63,432 nt of DNA, filler included, from Reticulomyxa filosa (GCA_000512085.1; 19 parts of 19 records of this genome joined end to end with filler, not necessarily neighbours in it), one strand, 5' to 3'. Positions 11,201-24,714 are shown, counted from the whole stretch's first letter. Numbers and translations are program-made. Notes: a model not told the origin generated them from the letters alone.

Positions 11201-12124
11201 ATATGCAAGCGAAAGATAGTATGAGATCGACTACTTCTAATATTAATGTGAGTTTGTGCAACTTTTCTATGCTGCTCTCCTGTCAAAAGGTGCTGCATAG
11301 CTTCTTGTGGAGTTCGAATAGAAGCAGCAGTACAATCTTTTACAACGCCAATGCCATGAGAACTACTTGATATTTTCAAATTTGTGTTTTGTGAGTTGAG
11401 CAAATCATTGATTACTTCATTATGAATTTCCAAGTAGGAAATCCTCAACAAAAACTGGTACTCGGCGTTTTTGTTTAAAATGTAGTCAAAAATATCTGAT
11501 AACGACAATAATATAATTCCAGGGTCTTTGCTTGTCCCTAACATGGAGTACGTTTTGCCAGAGGCAGTCTGTGAAGACAAAAAAAAAGGAAACTACCTTT
11601 TTTTAAAAAAATAATAAATAAGCATGATAAAAAAAAATCACTTGGCCATACGCTAATACAGTGCCATTAATCCCTTCACAACATCCCAAAATTGTTTGTT
11701 TGATTGACTGTTCATACAAGGCCTTTGTTGTACAGTAAGATGAACAAACGTTCTCAAAAGAGTAAGTTCGCCCGTTTACACATTTTTCTTCTGAACCGGA
11801 TAAAACTTGTTGGATTGTGTTCTGCGAATTAATTTTCCAACAGTAACTTTCGTTTTGTGCAATTTCTTCTTTGGTGAGTGGCCTCATACGAATAATAACT
11901 GAAATTGGGCATACTTGATGCTTTTTTTTGGGCTTTTTCTGTTTTGTATTTATCGCATCACTTTTTTTGCAGTGATGAAAGGCTTATTTTTGAATTGCCA
12001 ATAAATAATATTTTCTCTAATTTGTGTTTTTTGTAAATTGTAACTTATTATGTTTATCACTTGTAAATTCTCTAGTTGGACTTAAGTTGTCCATGTCATC
12101 GAGTTCGTCGTTTAAAGTATTCAT
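8261..12124 (-). CDS. Kinesin-7 (CENP-E-like) motor with coiled coil, probable PH domain and S/T-rich tail; multi-exon
   Basis: Motifs [16 protein letters not shown]|TASGKT (P-loop split by GT-AG intron 11569-11641), [35 protein letters not shown]|[14 protein letters not shown] and [11 protein letters not shown]-like segment at ~8830-9263. The start (ATG at 12124) and the junction near 9330-9370 are uncertain. Confidence 0.85.
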
Positions 12125-12651
12125 TCGCTTTTAAAATAAGCATAAAATAGGTCTCCTGTAACAGAGTTTTATCTAAAGATATCGGCACTATGAGTATGTG
12201 AGGTCATTCACAATACATACGCTTATTGTATTTTTGAGAGCTAACACTGTTGCCATTTTATTCAAAAATCGTGCTCACTCTGGTATTGGAGCCTTTATAC
12301 AAAGTTCGATTTTTTAATTAGAGTCTCTTGGTTGGGGAGTCTATTTTTTTTCATTGATTTCGGTTTGGTTTATGCTTTTCAGAGATTTGTGAAACTAAAA
12401 AAGACTTTAAAATACGTGTACGTGCACACTTAATCAAGTCTAAATTGTATTTCGAATACTGCCTCTTTTAAAATTTGAAAGAATTAATTTCATTGACATT
12501 AAAAGATTTTCTTGAAACTGACATATGTATACATTATATATATATTTTTTTTTTTTTTGGGCGCGTGTGAAGCAAAGGGGGGGAGGAACTAATTGTATAT
12601 TGGAAGGTAAAATTTGTTTTGTTAGTTGGGAAGGGAGTTAAACTTTCGTCA

Positions 12652-13186
12652 ATGCAATCAAGTCAAGTATCAAAAATTGTGGATTCACTTCGTCGCAAAG
12701 TGGGGAAAGGAGAAACAAAAAATACGGATAGGCAAGCGTCAGCACAAAAAGAGAAAGCCTCGCCAAAGAACGAGAAGGACAAAGATAAGGAGAAGAACGT
12801 GAAAGATAAAGACAAAGAGAAGACAAAAGGGAAAGCACAAAGTACAAACGGACAAGCACAGTCACAAACACAGTCACAAGCACAGTCACAGATACAATCC
12901 CCTACACAAACAGAAAAGAAGTCAAACGTGACGACCAAGAGCATCGAAGGCAACACTAGCAATAACAACAATACCAACAGCACTAACAGTAATTCCACTA
13001 GCAACAATAACACAAGCAATAGCAATACCACTAGCAATAGCAATAGCAATAGCAATAGTGTCATTAACATGTCCGACGGCCTGCCATCGCTACATGACAT
13101 AACCAACGCAGAACAAAGACGCACAGTCCTCATCAAAAAACTGAAGCTATGCACCGTCGTGTTTGACTTCAACCAACCTGACAATG
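12652..13186 (+). CDS. PP2A regulatory subunit B' (B56), first exon (3' partial)
   Basis: A low-complexity K/Q/N/S N-terminus is followed by 'LPSLHDITNAEQRRTVLIKKLKLCTVVFDF', the typical B56 domain start. An intron and contig break follow. Confidence 0.85.
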
Positions 13187-13351
13187 TTTGTATGTGTAAA
13201 CCCTCCCTGTAATTAAAGAACGTTTGTGTATTGTCAAAAAAAANNNNNNNNNNNNNNNNNNNNNNNNNNNNNNNNNNNNNNNNNNNNTTAATTAATTAAN
13301 NNNNNNNNNNNNNNNNNNNNNNNNNNNNNNNNNNNNNNNNNNNTTTTTATT

Positions 13352-13384
<33 letters not shown>

Positions 13385-13398
13385 CAACAAAAAAGAAA

Positions 13399-15916
13399 CT
13401 GTAATGAATGCAACTAATCCCATTTCATCTTCTTTTTCTCTACTCCGACAAACAACACATTGATATCTAAGACCAACTCCCGAGGATTCCAACAATTCTT
13501 TTTCTTCAATTTCTTCTCGCATGGCGTCTTCTTTGATGATGCTCTTGTTTTTGTCCTCAAACAACAGTTTTTGATTGTTCATCAGTTTCAGCGCTTTTTG
13601 CTTTTGCTGCATTGCTTTTTTTTTACGTTTGTCCATTTTTGGCTGTTTTTTTTCTTTGTTTTTTTGCGTTTCGCTTTCGTTGTCTTTTTTGTTTTTTTTC
13701 GAAGATGGAGGAATCCAATGCGCGCCTATTATATCCGTAATCGCTGGAATATCCAAATCATACAATTTTGTCAAAATTTGTTCGATCAATCCCTTTGACG
13801 TCGACAGCACACTGTTCACAAGTGACAATCCTATCTTTTCTTCATTGCTTTCAGCTGACTTGTTTGCTGTTCCCGTCGCTGTCTTTGCTTCTGTGTCTGC
13901 ATCCACTCTGTCTTCCAATTGCACTGTCGCTGCGCTTGTGGTCGACTTTTGTTGTGTTTTTAAAATTATCAACAGCAGTTGACACAAATACCATAATACA
14001 CTCCCTGTTACAATCTTTGACGACGGGGCAGCTTCCTTGGCTTCTATTTTGGTTTCTTCCGTGTTCGTTTTTGTCTCTGGTTTATCTAAACTCGGACTTG
14101 TTCGCACGTGCTTATCTTGTGCATGTAGCTGTTCCATCTTTTGATGTGATGCTTTCAAATGAACATCAGCTGTGCTTGCTATGTATACATATTACATATA
14201 TATACATATACATATACATATATATACATATATATATATATATGTGTATATGTATATATAAAAGGGTTATCAAATAAATAAACAACATATATGTATATAT
14301 TAACAAATTTTTTCTTGTTCTTGTTTGATAATAAGCTGATGCTGTTCATCTGTGAGAGGTGGATCTCCGGGTCTCGCTGCAGGATTTGCGGCAAGACGTC
14401 GAAGCACCAAGAGCAAGTGATGTTCGTTCATTCCTGGCATTTGCAAGCCTGCAAACAATTGCCCAATGGCCGGTCCATGTATTTCATACAGCTCTTGTCC
14501 GAGCATATGAATCTCTTGATACAACAAATCCTCATCGTCATCTTGTTTGTTTTCATTGGTGCGAAGTTCTTCGAGGCGTTTTTTGGCCACAATTTGTCGA
14601 CGTTTTTGTTGATGGTCGATGATTTCTTTGTGTTCGCAATGGTCAAAGCGATTGGTCAATCGGAATTCCATCTGTTTTGTCAGCACATCGACCATATTGG
14701 CAAACTCGGTTGTGTCTTTCGCAATGTGTCCGCTGGTCAAAGCCTCTGTGGCTAACGCAAGCAATCGCAAGGCGTGTGCAAAGACATTATGCGTGAATCG
14801 GACATTGTCATTGACATACACGTGATGGAGAATGCAAGTCCAAATGGTGCCCATCCATTGCGTGGTGAGCAGAGACAATACGGTTTTTGTGCTGTGTTCG
14901 ATACTGGGCCATTGTGACAAGAGTAAGTCTTCGTTACTTTGATCGTTTCCTCTTCCTCCTCCACCTTCTCCTCCTTCTCCTCCTTCTCCTCCTTCTCCTC
15001 CTCCTCCTCCTCCAATGGCAACAGCGTTGACACTAGCCGATGGAAGGACGTCTCTGTTAGTAGGTGACATTTGCTTCATTTTTTCTAAACACATTTGAAT
15101 AGCTTGCTGGCGTTCTTCGGTGGTGTACTGATGGAAGTAAGGATTAAATTTGGCGTAGTACTGATCTTTCAATCGATATTTGGCATTCTCCAATCCTTGG
15201 GCTGCTTCGTGCACTGCAATTTCAGTTAACACATCCGTCCATTCCATTTCGTCCTCCAACACCGATAATTTGTCGTTCAACTCGCTATGTGTGGCTTTGC
15301 CCAAAATCAGCCAATGCAATAACTCGTATTCAATCCATTTGCGGATCAATCCCTTTTCCGCTTTGTGGCTCTCTTCATTCGTGCTGTGCTTGTTATCCCA
15401 ATTTCGTTGGATGCGATATGTGGGCTCGGTGATCAATACGATCAGATTCGTCAGCAACGCTTCCACCATTTTCAATGTCTTTTGCGAGTCACACCAATGC
15501 ACCCAACCTGACTCGTACGGGTCCAATGGACTTATCTCAAGTTTCTTTTTGATAGTCTCTTTGTCTAGCATTTCAATGACTTGATCGTTCTCTCGGAACC
15601 AGTTGTGGAGTTGGTGATAATAGATTAACTGCGTTAGGAAATAGGAAGGACTCAACCATTCCAATGCTTGATGCAATCCGCCAATGTCGTCACCTCGAAA
15701 TGATTGGTACAATTCAACTCGCTCATAACTTCGAAACACATGGATCACCTCATTCGAATTTTTTTTCCACAGGTCGCTTTGAAACCCACTTACAAATGCA
15801 TTCACTTTCAAAAACGATCCAATGAGATTATACAGCAATTCCTCTCTGCTTTTGCTTTTTTCTTCTTTTTTCTCGTCATCATCTTTTTCCTCACTTTCAA
15901 GTATCTCTTTGGCCAA
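13399..15916 (-). CDS. UBR1/UBR2-type N-end-rule E3 ubiquitin ligase, internal fragment
   Basis: Winged-helix motif 'ELLHWLILGKATHSEL...VLTEIA...YRLKDQYYAKFNPYFHQY', basic 'KAMQQKQKALKLMNNQKLLF', and RING start 'CVVC...MGLVAF'. (TA)n intron at ~14180-14260. Confidence 0.85.
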
Positions 15917-16052
15917 GTCTCCAAATGTGCGTTTTGATCTTTTTTTTTTTTTNNNNNNNNNNNNNNNNNNNNNNNNNNNNNNNNNNNNNNNNNNNNTTAA
16001 TTAATTAANNNNNNNNNNNNNNNNNNNNNNNNNNNNNNNNNNNNNNNNNNNN

Positions 16053-16080
<28 letters not shown>

Positions 16081-16083
<3 letters not shown>

Positions 16084-16588
16084 TCCCCTTCGTCGTCCAA
16101 TTTTGATTGGATGACACTCAAATTAACCAACAACTCGCCCCATGCATGTATAGGCATTCGCACAACTCATTACGGTGATATCTCTCCTTCACGCAAGGTC
16201 GTATCGCCGTCGATGGACACGGCGCCAGACGAGGACTCGACGATGTGGAACAGCGGTGACGTCATCAAAAAACCGAATTATGTGACGAGTCCCAACAAAC
16301 TGGACAACCACGAACTGCTCCATGACTGGCACTTGTTCGTTGTCACCGGACGCAAGCAGGGCATTGACGGACCCATCTCGATGATTTGGAGCTCCAATCC
16401 GCTTTACAAAGCTCGAAAGATTGACAAGGTCCCTGCGTCCGTTCATTCCAGTCGTCTGCAGTTTATCGGAAGTGATGGCAACTTCCAAGAGTTTAAACAC
16501 TGCTCGGGTCGAATTGCTGACGTTATGATTTGGGATGGGGTCCTTTCCAAATCGGATATCATTCGATTGGACTCGATTGTTTTCAACA
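16081..16588 (+). CDS. LamG/concanavalin-A-like domain exon
   Basis: 'DWHLFVVTG...LQFIGSDG...CSGRIADVMIWDGVLSKSDIIRL' matches the LamG_3 pattern WHhvv...IG...G.IdevriWd..Ls..eI..l. Confidence 0.7.
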
Positions 16589-17063
16589 GTTATTATACAT
16601 ATATATATGTATATATTAAACTATTTGAAGAATAACACTAATATCGAATTCACTCCAACTTTTAAAAAAAAAAAAAAAAACCAAGAGCCAATGGAGTTGT
16701 CCATCGCCAAACAGCAGAACAAAGCCAGAATCCCATTCAATTGGCATTGGAATGAACAGCAGTTATGGGGCCAATCATTGCCAAAGCCATTTGGTCGAAA
16801 GTATATTATAACCATTGCAATCGCCCCAATGCGCAGCTGTCGTTAGAAAGTCCGTCTAATTCTGATAATTTGACCAAGCCAGTGTGTACATATACATATA
16901 CATATATATATATATATTATTTTTTTTTTTTTAAAAAAAAAGGGGATGAAATGTCCAACGTATGCCATGCTTGTCTTTATTTTTGTCTTTGTGTATGTGT
17001 GATGAAGGAAAATGAGACGAAAGAAGGGTCGAAGTAATCGACAATAATCAAACAGGTCCTGCA

Positions 17064-17500
17064 GTGACGTCAGGAGAGGAGGATTTGTGGACCGAGTTTT
17101 TCTTAGACGTGAAGAAAGAACATCAAAAGGCGAAAGACCGAAAAGAAGCTGCAGAAAGGGACGGTCTATTTGGCTCGATGTTTCGATCTTTTCGTCGAGA
17201 GTCCACGAAAGCAAGCGCGCCAACGATTACACCGTCTTTAGCACGAAACTCGTTCACCGAAGAAACACACAAGTCCAGCGTGTCGACGACATTGCCATCC
17301 CCTTTTCAGACCACATGTTCTCCCCACTCTGCCAATGCTTACCACCGGTCCGCTGGTCCCAATGTCATCAAAGGCACTGTGCAATTGCCGCCATTGCGCG
17401 ATTCCATTCAGCACATTGATATATACGATCTCTCCAATGTTTCATTAATCTTTTTTTTTTTTAAAAAAAAAAATTATATATAAACGTATAATACATATAC

Positions 17501-17531
<31 letters not shown>

Positions 17532-18820
17532 ACATAGAGAATTTACATAGTAGGTGCAATCAAGAACGAACAAAGTATTGGCTATTGAAGGCTGACTGTC
17601 GAGATTCGATAACCAGCAGTAAAACAAGAAACGACAAGAAAAAGAAGGAAAAGAAGAAGAGGGAAAGGGAGGAGGACGAAGACGAAAATGACAATGAGAA
17701 TGCGAACGACGACAACGACGATGACAACGACAACGACAACGACAACAATAAAAAAGATGAAAAAGACACACAAGAACAAAGCAAGCAAGAGGGGCAAGAA
17801 AAAAGTGGGATAGAAATTGTGGAAAGTACAAAGTGTTATTCGAAAGAGCAAATGAACGTAGTTATTCAAATGATTGAATCCGGGAATCGGACATTCAATG
17901 GTTTGATTCAACATCAGTCGGCATTTGGGATCATCGGCTTTGTCCGTTTCTTGGAGGGATACAACATTGTGTTAGTCACAGAGCGACGTCAAGTGGGTAT
18001 GATCGGCAGTCACAAGATCTACAAAGTCGAAAAGACGGCAATGGTGCAATTGAGTCCATTGGTTGTGGACAATGTGATGAGCAAGCGATTGCGCAACGAC
18101 GAAGGGCGTTATAAGAACCTGTTTGGTGCAATCGACCTGACAAAGGAGTTTTATTTTAGTTATACGTACGACCTAAGTCGCACCTTGCAATATAACATGT
18201 GCAACTACTTTCGAAGGCATCCTAATCCGGTGTTCATTTGGAACGAGTACTTGTTAAAGCCATTACGAGATCACACACGCACTGACATGTGGGTGTTGCC
18301 AGTTATCCACGGTTTCTACGAGTCGCAAATCTGTAGTGTGTTCAACCATGACTTTACGCTGACGCTGATTTCCAGACGCAACAAGAACTATGCAGGCACG
18401 CGCTATCTCAAGCGTGGCATCAATGATCGTGGACAAAGTGCCAACGACGTCGAGATTGAGCAGATCATTCACGAACGTGTCGGTGGCAACTCCATCGACG
18501 GACAGTTCACCAGCCACGTGCAAATGAGGCGTCCATACCCGTCTTTTGGGTACAAGACAGCAACCCCATGGTCCCCAAACCCGATATCTTTGTCCAAAAA
18601 GTCGATCCCAGTTGCGCCGCTGCCAAGAAGCATTTCTTGAATGTCTTCAAGCGCTACGGCGCTCCACTGCTGGTCCTCAATTTGATCAAGCAAAGGGAAG
18701 GCCATGCCAGAGAAATCGTCGTTGGTCGCGAATTTGCGCGTTGTGTTTATTTCATCAATTCGTTTTTGCCAAAGGAGTATCAAATTGATTACGTCGCTTG
18801 GGATTTTAAAGCTGTTTCTG
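17064..18820 (+). CDS. FIG4: FIG4-like SAC-domain PI(3,5)P2 5-phosphatase (partial, with single-base indels)
   Basis: Motifs 'AFGIIGFVRFLEGY', 'DLTKEFYFSYTYDLSRTLQYN', 'LISRR...AGTRYLKRG...ANDVEIEQI', 'SHVQMR/SIPVFWVQD' and 'RYGAPLLVLNLIK'. Indels near 17555 and 18529 look like homopolymer undercalls. Confidence 0.85.
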
Positions 18821-19489
18821 TCTCTCTTGTGTTTTCCAACGTGTTTTTTTTTTTTNNNNNNNNNNNNNNNNNNNNNNNNNNNNNNNNNNNNNNNNNNNNT
18901 TAATTAATTAANNNNNNNNNNNNNNNNNNNNNNNNNNNNNNNNNNNNNNNNNNNNTGTGTGTGTGTGGCGATACGTTTGAAATAAACTTGCAGAAGGTGT
19001 CACTAAAAAAAAATTCGAAAGTAATGAGTGCTTGCTTGAAATAATTTGGAGGCCGTTTCGGCAATTGACGCAAGGAAGTTACGTTGCGTTCGATTTTGTG
19101 GAGGGTCAAAACACTACTTTTTAATTGCAAGAAAGACAATAGCTTTTTTTGATATGGTCAATCCTAACTTGCTTCTTTTTGATTTTTTTGTCCTTTTTTT
19201 TATCGCTCAAAATACTAATCAGCATTTGTCTTCGTCAATACAGAAAGAAATACTTTTGTAAAACAGCTTATGCGAAATTGCTTTGTTTAAGCATATTACA
19301 CAACCTTGCTTATGTTTGAACATGATACAATATGTATACATTTTTTCAACATTTGGATTTGTATAAAAAAAAAAAAAACAAGATAACAAGTGCATTCATT
19401 AATTTCCACAATTGAATTTTTTTTTTTTTGTCATACAATGCAATCATATTGCAATTGGACTAAATGCTTATTTCTTTATCGTCGATAGG

Positions 19490-19710
19490 ATATCCTCGCA
19501 AATTTTTGTGTTACCATTTGCAATTTTACATATCACGATAGTCCTTCTATCTGGTGGTAATATAATATGATCTATTGCACCCCAATTTCTTGTGTATGTT
19601 TTCATGGTCGTATATGCCATAGGTGAATTATTATATCAGATGAAAATAACTACAATAGTATTATTATGTCCATTAGCAAAGCACTTTTAACTTGATTTTC
19701 TAATCCTTTG
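19490..19710 (-). pseudogene. WD40-repeat relic
   Basis: The minus strand reads GLENQVKSA...*..SSDIIIHLWHIRP*KHTQE with exact GH-to-WD spacing (S22, D24, W30), followed by 'PPDRRTIV' (SPDGxTIV-like). Contains in-frame stops. Confidence 0.5.
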
Positions 19711-20026
19711 TTTCTCATTTTTTTTGTTTTTCATTTGCATTGCTTTTTATTAAAGTAGTTACAAAGCAATGGTCAAATATGTAAGCATAATTATCAATAA
19801 CTGATATGACATCATATTTTGATGTGTCAGCACATTTATGTTTTTACCAAAGAAAAAAATAAATCATTTATTATGTTGTGGAAGTTCGTTTTTGTTGTTA
19901 TTTATTATTTATGAAAGATGTGAATAATATAATTATAGAAAATATTCCAAGATTTTTTTTTGACGTCAAATAACATGTTTTTGTTTGTTATTTTTGATGC
20001 AAAAAGTGAAAATAAAAAAACAACCA

Positions 20027-21899
20027 ATGTCATCAAAATGGTCATCATTATTAGTGGATTTTCTGAAAAGAGAAGACAACAACATTCAAGAACATTCTTC
20101 AACCTCCTTCAACGAGGAGTGCAGCAAAACACAACATGATACCTCTAATCCTTTGTCATTAAACACAATCCCAAAATTTTTCTACAAAGTTGTTTTCTTT
20201 TTTTTGTTTAAAAGAAAAGTCAATATAATAAATTTTATCTATATTATTATATAAAATAATTTAATCAGAAAGTAAATGAAGTAACAGAACAAAATGAAGC
20301 AAGTACTTTAATCGGTGATTTATCACGTGAAATGCTACTTGATGTTGAAGAAGATAATCTCCTCACTGAAAGTGATTTAGATTTAACTTATCAAAACCTT
20401 GCAACTTTATTGATACAACATGAAGAAACTGAATATGTTTGTTTGTTTTTTTTAAAATAAACACCCTTTGTTCAACTTAAATACAAAAACAAATTAAAAT
20501 ACAGATGACATATGAAATTTTCAAGCAGCTAAAAGTATCATTGCCAGAAAGGGTACAACGCTTTTTTACAACCAAAGTGTATCGAAGTTTTTGTGGCAAC
20601 GCTGAAGGAAAAATTAAAATTGCATCTTTTTATAAATTTCTTTCCTTGGGAGGTAAATTATTTTTTTAAAATTTATTTGTATCTTTTTTGTTATTAATAT
20701 ATATAATATACATTTGTTTGAATAGTAAATATGTTGCATCATTATGTAACAATGTGTCGCTATGATGGTTTAGGAGAACATTATATAACTGAAGCAGATT
20801 TGGAGGTATTTATAGCAGATCAAATTGAAATGATTGGTAGCTTATCTCGAATTGAAGAATCATTTCAACCTTATTATATTTATCATGCAGTGCGAAAATT
20901 TATGTTTATGTTAGATCCCAAACATAAAGGTAAAAATTATTTTATTTTATTTTTTCTCATTTATACGTGGCTCTACTCTTTTTTGTTTTGTTTGTTTGTT
21001 CTTGCACTAAACGTATAGGCAAAATCCCAATAACAGAAATGCTATGTTCAGATGTGTTTCAGGAATTAAATCAATTTCGTTTTGAACATGATGATACAAG
21101 TAATACGACATCATCTGCAAATGGAAACTGCATTGGAACAGATGGAACAACAAAGAGTAATAGTAGCGGTTTGAATGAGACAAACAATAATAATAGTAAT
21201 AATAATATTAATAATTGGTTCTCTCCACAATATGCAATGAAAGTGTATCGATTATATTTACAATTGGACACAGATAGAAAAGGTACATTAAACAAGACAG
21301 AATTGCTGCAATTTAATAACTCTTCTTTGAGTAATTTATGTGTAGATCGATTGTTTGAAGTGAAAAAAACATGGGACCATGAATTTGATTACAAAGGTTT
21401 TTTGGACTTCATTATCGCCGTGGAAAATAAAAAAACTTTTCCTGCATTTTGCTATTTTTGGGAAGTTTTGGATTTGCAAGGCCAGGGATATTTGACTCCT
21501 TTTGATATACGCACATTATTCCGAGTTTTGTTTTTTTAAATATATGTGAATCCCTTTTTTGTTTTTTTACCTTTTCAATGTTTTGAATTATATAGTCGGT
21601 TCAAAAAAAAATGGGATTATTTGGATTGGAATCCACAAATATTGAGAACGTTGTGGTATGATACTTCTCTCTTTGTTATTTTCTAATTGATGTGTTTTAT
21701 TCTTATTTTTTGTTTTTTATAGTCTGAAATCGTTGATATGGTCCATCCAAATGACAATCAAAAAATTACACAACAAGAGTTGTATAAATCTGGAATGCAT
21801 GCCACGATTATTGATATTTTAACTGATGTAAAAGGATTTTGGGAATACGATAACAGAGAAGCTATCATCTTGCAAGGAAACAATGAAGAGGATTTATAA
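20027..21899 (+). CDS. PPP2R3C: PP2A regulatory subunit B'' gamma (EF-hand); multi-exon, apparently complete
   Basis: Motifs 'IPKFFYK', 'YITEADLEVFI...AVRKFMFMLDP', 'NWFSPQYAMKVYRLYLQLDTD', 'DYKGFLDFIIAVENKK', 'EIVDMVHP' and 'ILTDVKGFWEYDNRE'. Ends with TAA at 21897-21899. Confidence 0.9.
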
Positions 21900-22435
21900 A
21901 TATAACAAAAGAATAATAAATCTTGTATTTTTTGTCTTCTCTGGTGCTTGAACATTTTTTTGTTTATGTGTTTTAGTTAGATTATTTACTTTCTTTCAAT
22001 AATTTGTTTCACTCCAGCTTCTTGCATTTTTTTGAAGTTGTTCAAATTGTTTGCTCAAAAACTATATGAAGATGTGAAACAATCTACAAATAATCAAAAA
22101 ACCAAAAAACAAAAAGAAATATGCTTGGAATGCCAAAATCAATGTGATAAATGCAGTCTTGGCTTTTGTTCTGAAAAAAAGAATAGCGGAAAAAAAAGAG
22201 TCACTGATTCTTTTGATGAAACAAAAAATTTTTATTTTTTCCTATGTCCTTCTACTTGGCAAATGTTTTTATTCTACAGTTTAAGAGTGTATTATGCAAC
22301 ATGAAGAAAAAAAAAAAGACTATTAGTCACAATGAGATCTCCACAAGTTTGTTATATTCACGATTACATCCTCCTTATTATGTTATTAAACGGTTTATTA
22401 TTATATATATATATTTTTTTTTTTTTGGGAATGGA

Positions 22436-22655
22436 CTACACAGCTAAATTGGTGATCAATTGCATGACAAAATCGCGTTCGAACTTGCTATTTTGCATAA
22501 GTAGAATGGGGTCTTCGGTAGGACACTTTAAGATGGTAGGCGCGAAGACAATGGCGAGATTTTCCAAATTCATTTTAGTGAGTTCAATGCACTCTGGTTT
22601 CAAAAACTTTTTCAAAAACGCGACCAAATATCGAATGCTTTCTCGATTTTCCTCT
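22436..22655 (-). CDS. RhoGAP domain protein, terminal exon
   Basis: 'ENRESIRYLVAFL...TKMNLENLAIVFAPTIL' is the RhoGAP C-terminal signature. Confidence 0.85.
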
Positions 22656-24714
22656 GTGCAGTATATAAACATATATATNNNNNNNNNNNNNNNNNNNNNN
22701 NNNNNNNNNNNNNNNNNNNNNNTTAATTAATTAANNNNNNNNNNNNNNNNNNNNNNNNNNNNNNNNNNNNNNNNNNNNTTGATAGAAAAAAGCTGCAAAA
22801 GATACATATGAAAAACAGTACATTTGGAAACTATTTTGGAAACGTCTTACCATGTTTGTATAATTACGGCCCATATTATGGATTCCATATTGCAATAGCA
22901 GCTTCTTTGAAAATGGGGCCTATGCATGAACCCCAACAGACAATTTAAATGTTCCCACGTTTTAGGATTAAAAAAAAATATATATATAAATAATATTTTT
23001 TTTTTTTTTGGAAAAAGCAATATTTGAAATTCCTATTTATTTCATATTTGTTTGACTTTTTTTTGTCTGTAATTGTTGTTGTTTTTGTTGGGTCAACTTG
23101 CTTCCGCTTAGGGGACAAAGAAGCAATGTTGTTAGTCCAAAAGTTATATGCATGGTTGACAGTGGATTCTTTAATGAACACTCCGACAATTGCATCATTT
23201 TTAATCTCTTCTGTTGGTGTTACGGACATTACAAAATTGCTTGATGTTCCCACCATTGAGGCTTCATTTTGTAAATGAATTTTAGAACATGTTACACTTT
23301 CTTTCTTTTCCAATCGTATTTTTTTAACAGGTTTTGTCTCATTCTAAGAAATTACGAAACAAAGCAACACCAAAACAAAACAAAAAAATTTTGTAAAAAC
23401 AATTTTCTACATATATTGTAACCAAACTCCAATTTTAGATGGAGGCTGAAGAGAACTTGTGGACCAATGGGTTCCCATTTAAGTAATTTTCAAGAAAAAA
23501 AAGAATTTTGGTCTCCTGTTCACAGCAAGACTTTTTTACACTTTCGTTTTTCTTTATTTTCTCACATTTAAATGCACAATATGTCAAAATAATTTATTTT
23601 GATTTCAAGATGAGCAATAAAAATAAAAATTTTTGTGTTTTTAAGTTTATTCTTTGTTTAGTTTTTGATGTTTACTACAAACTTTTTCCAACTTTGTTAT
23701 TTTATACTTTTTGTTCAAAAGAATTTGTGCAAATTTTCTAAAAAAAAAAAAAAAGCAAAACTAAAAAGGTCAGTGACAAGGGCCTTTAAGAACTTTTCTG
23801 ATTTTCGTTTAAATCTTGGTTTTTTTTTGTTTGTTTTCTTTTTATAATGAAAGCCAGAAAGATTTAAAAAGATGGCCAATAAGTTAATTTATTTTTTTCT
23901 TTTTTGTTCAAGTTTAAATGACGAAAACTTGAACGGATCAACCTGAAGTGACCTTCGACCCAACGGCATCGAAGCTATCGATAATGAATGAAAATAGTTT
24001 TATGAACTATTTCAATTGTTTTTTAGTTTGTTTTTTTTATTAAGATGAAATCAAATTAATTGTTTGTGTTTGTTTATTAAAATAGAAATAACTTACACCA
24101 GTAGGCTTTTCGCATTTAAAAAAAAATTAGTTGGTGTTTCAAATCGAAAATGTCGTCGCTATATCCAACACGATTATTGGTGATCACAAAGAAAATTATA
24201 AATGCAACAATTTAAAAAAGGGACACCATTGACTTTAGATTTCTTTTTGTAGCTTGAAAATATGATACCCTTTTTTTTTGTTGTTGTTGGTTCATTGTAG
24301 TGTAATGTCTTCATTTACTGTTACGATTTTTATTTTACTCAAATTGGCCATCATGTTTTTTTTGATGGAATTAAGTTCTGTCTTTTATCAATGTCCGCAA
24401 CTACAATGTTGTACTTCTTGGCTTTCGCTTTTCCCTTATCATTGCCATGTCCATTTCTATGTCCGTTTCGCTTTGCTGTCGCTGCTTTGTTCCCACTGTC
24501 TTTGCCCTTACTTTTCTCCGATACTTTTGTTGTCTTGCTCTTACTTTTCTCGTTTATACCTTCTTTTTCTTCGCTTTCAAATCTATTCCAATTTCTCTGA
24601 GTTATTTGAGACCCNNNNNNNNNNNNNNNNNNNNNNNNNNNNNNNNNNNNNNNNNNNNTTAATTAATTAANNNNNNNNNNNNNNNNNNNNNNNNNNNNNN
24701 NNNNNNNNNNNNNN

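Noticed and set aside
12652-21899. Clustering of two PP2A regulatory subunits and trafficking genes as a functional locus
   Set aside because: They lie on different contigs separated by spacers, so adjacency is artificial.
22779-23478. Possible N-myristoylated (MGTHWS) globin-like protein on the minus strand
   Set aside because: Resemblance is faint, and I could not build a consistent exon structure or place the proximal His.
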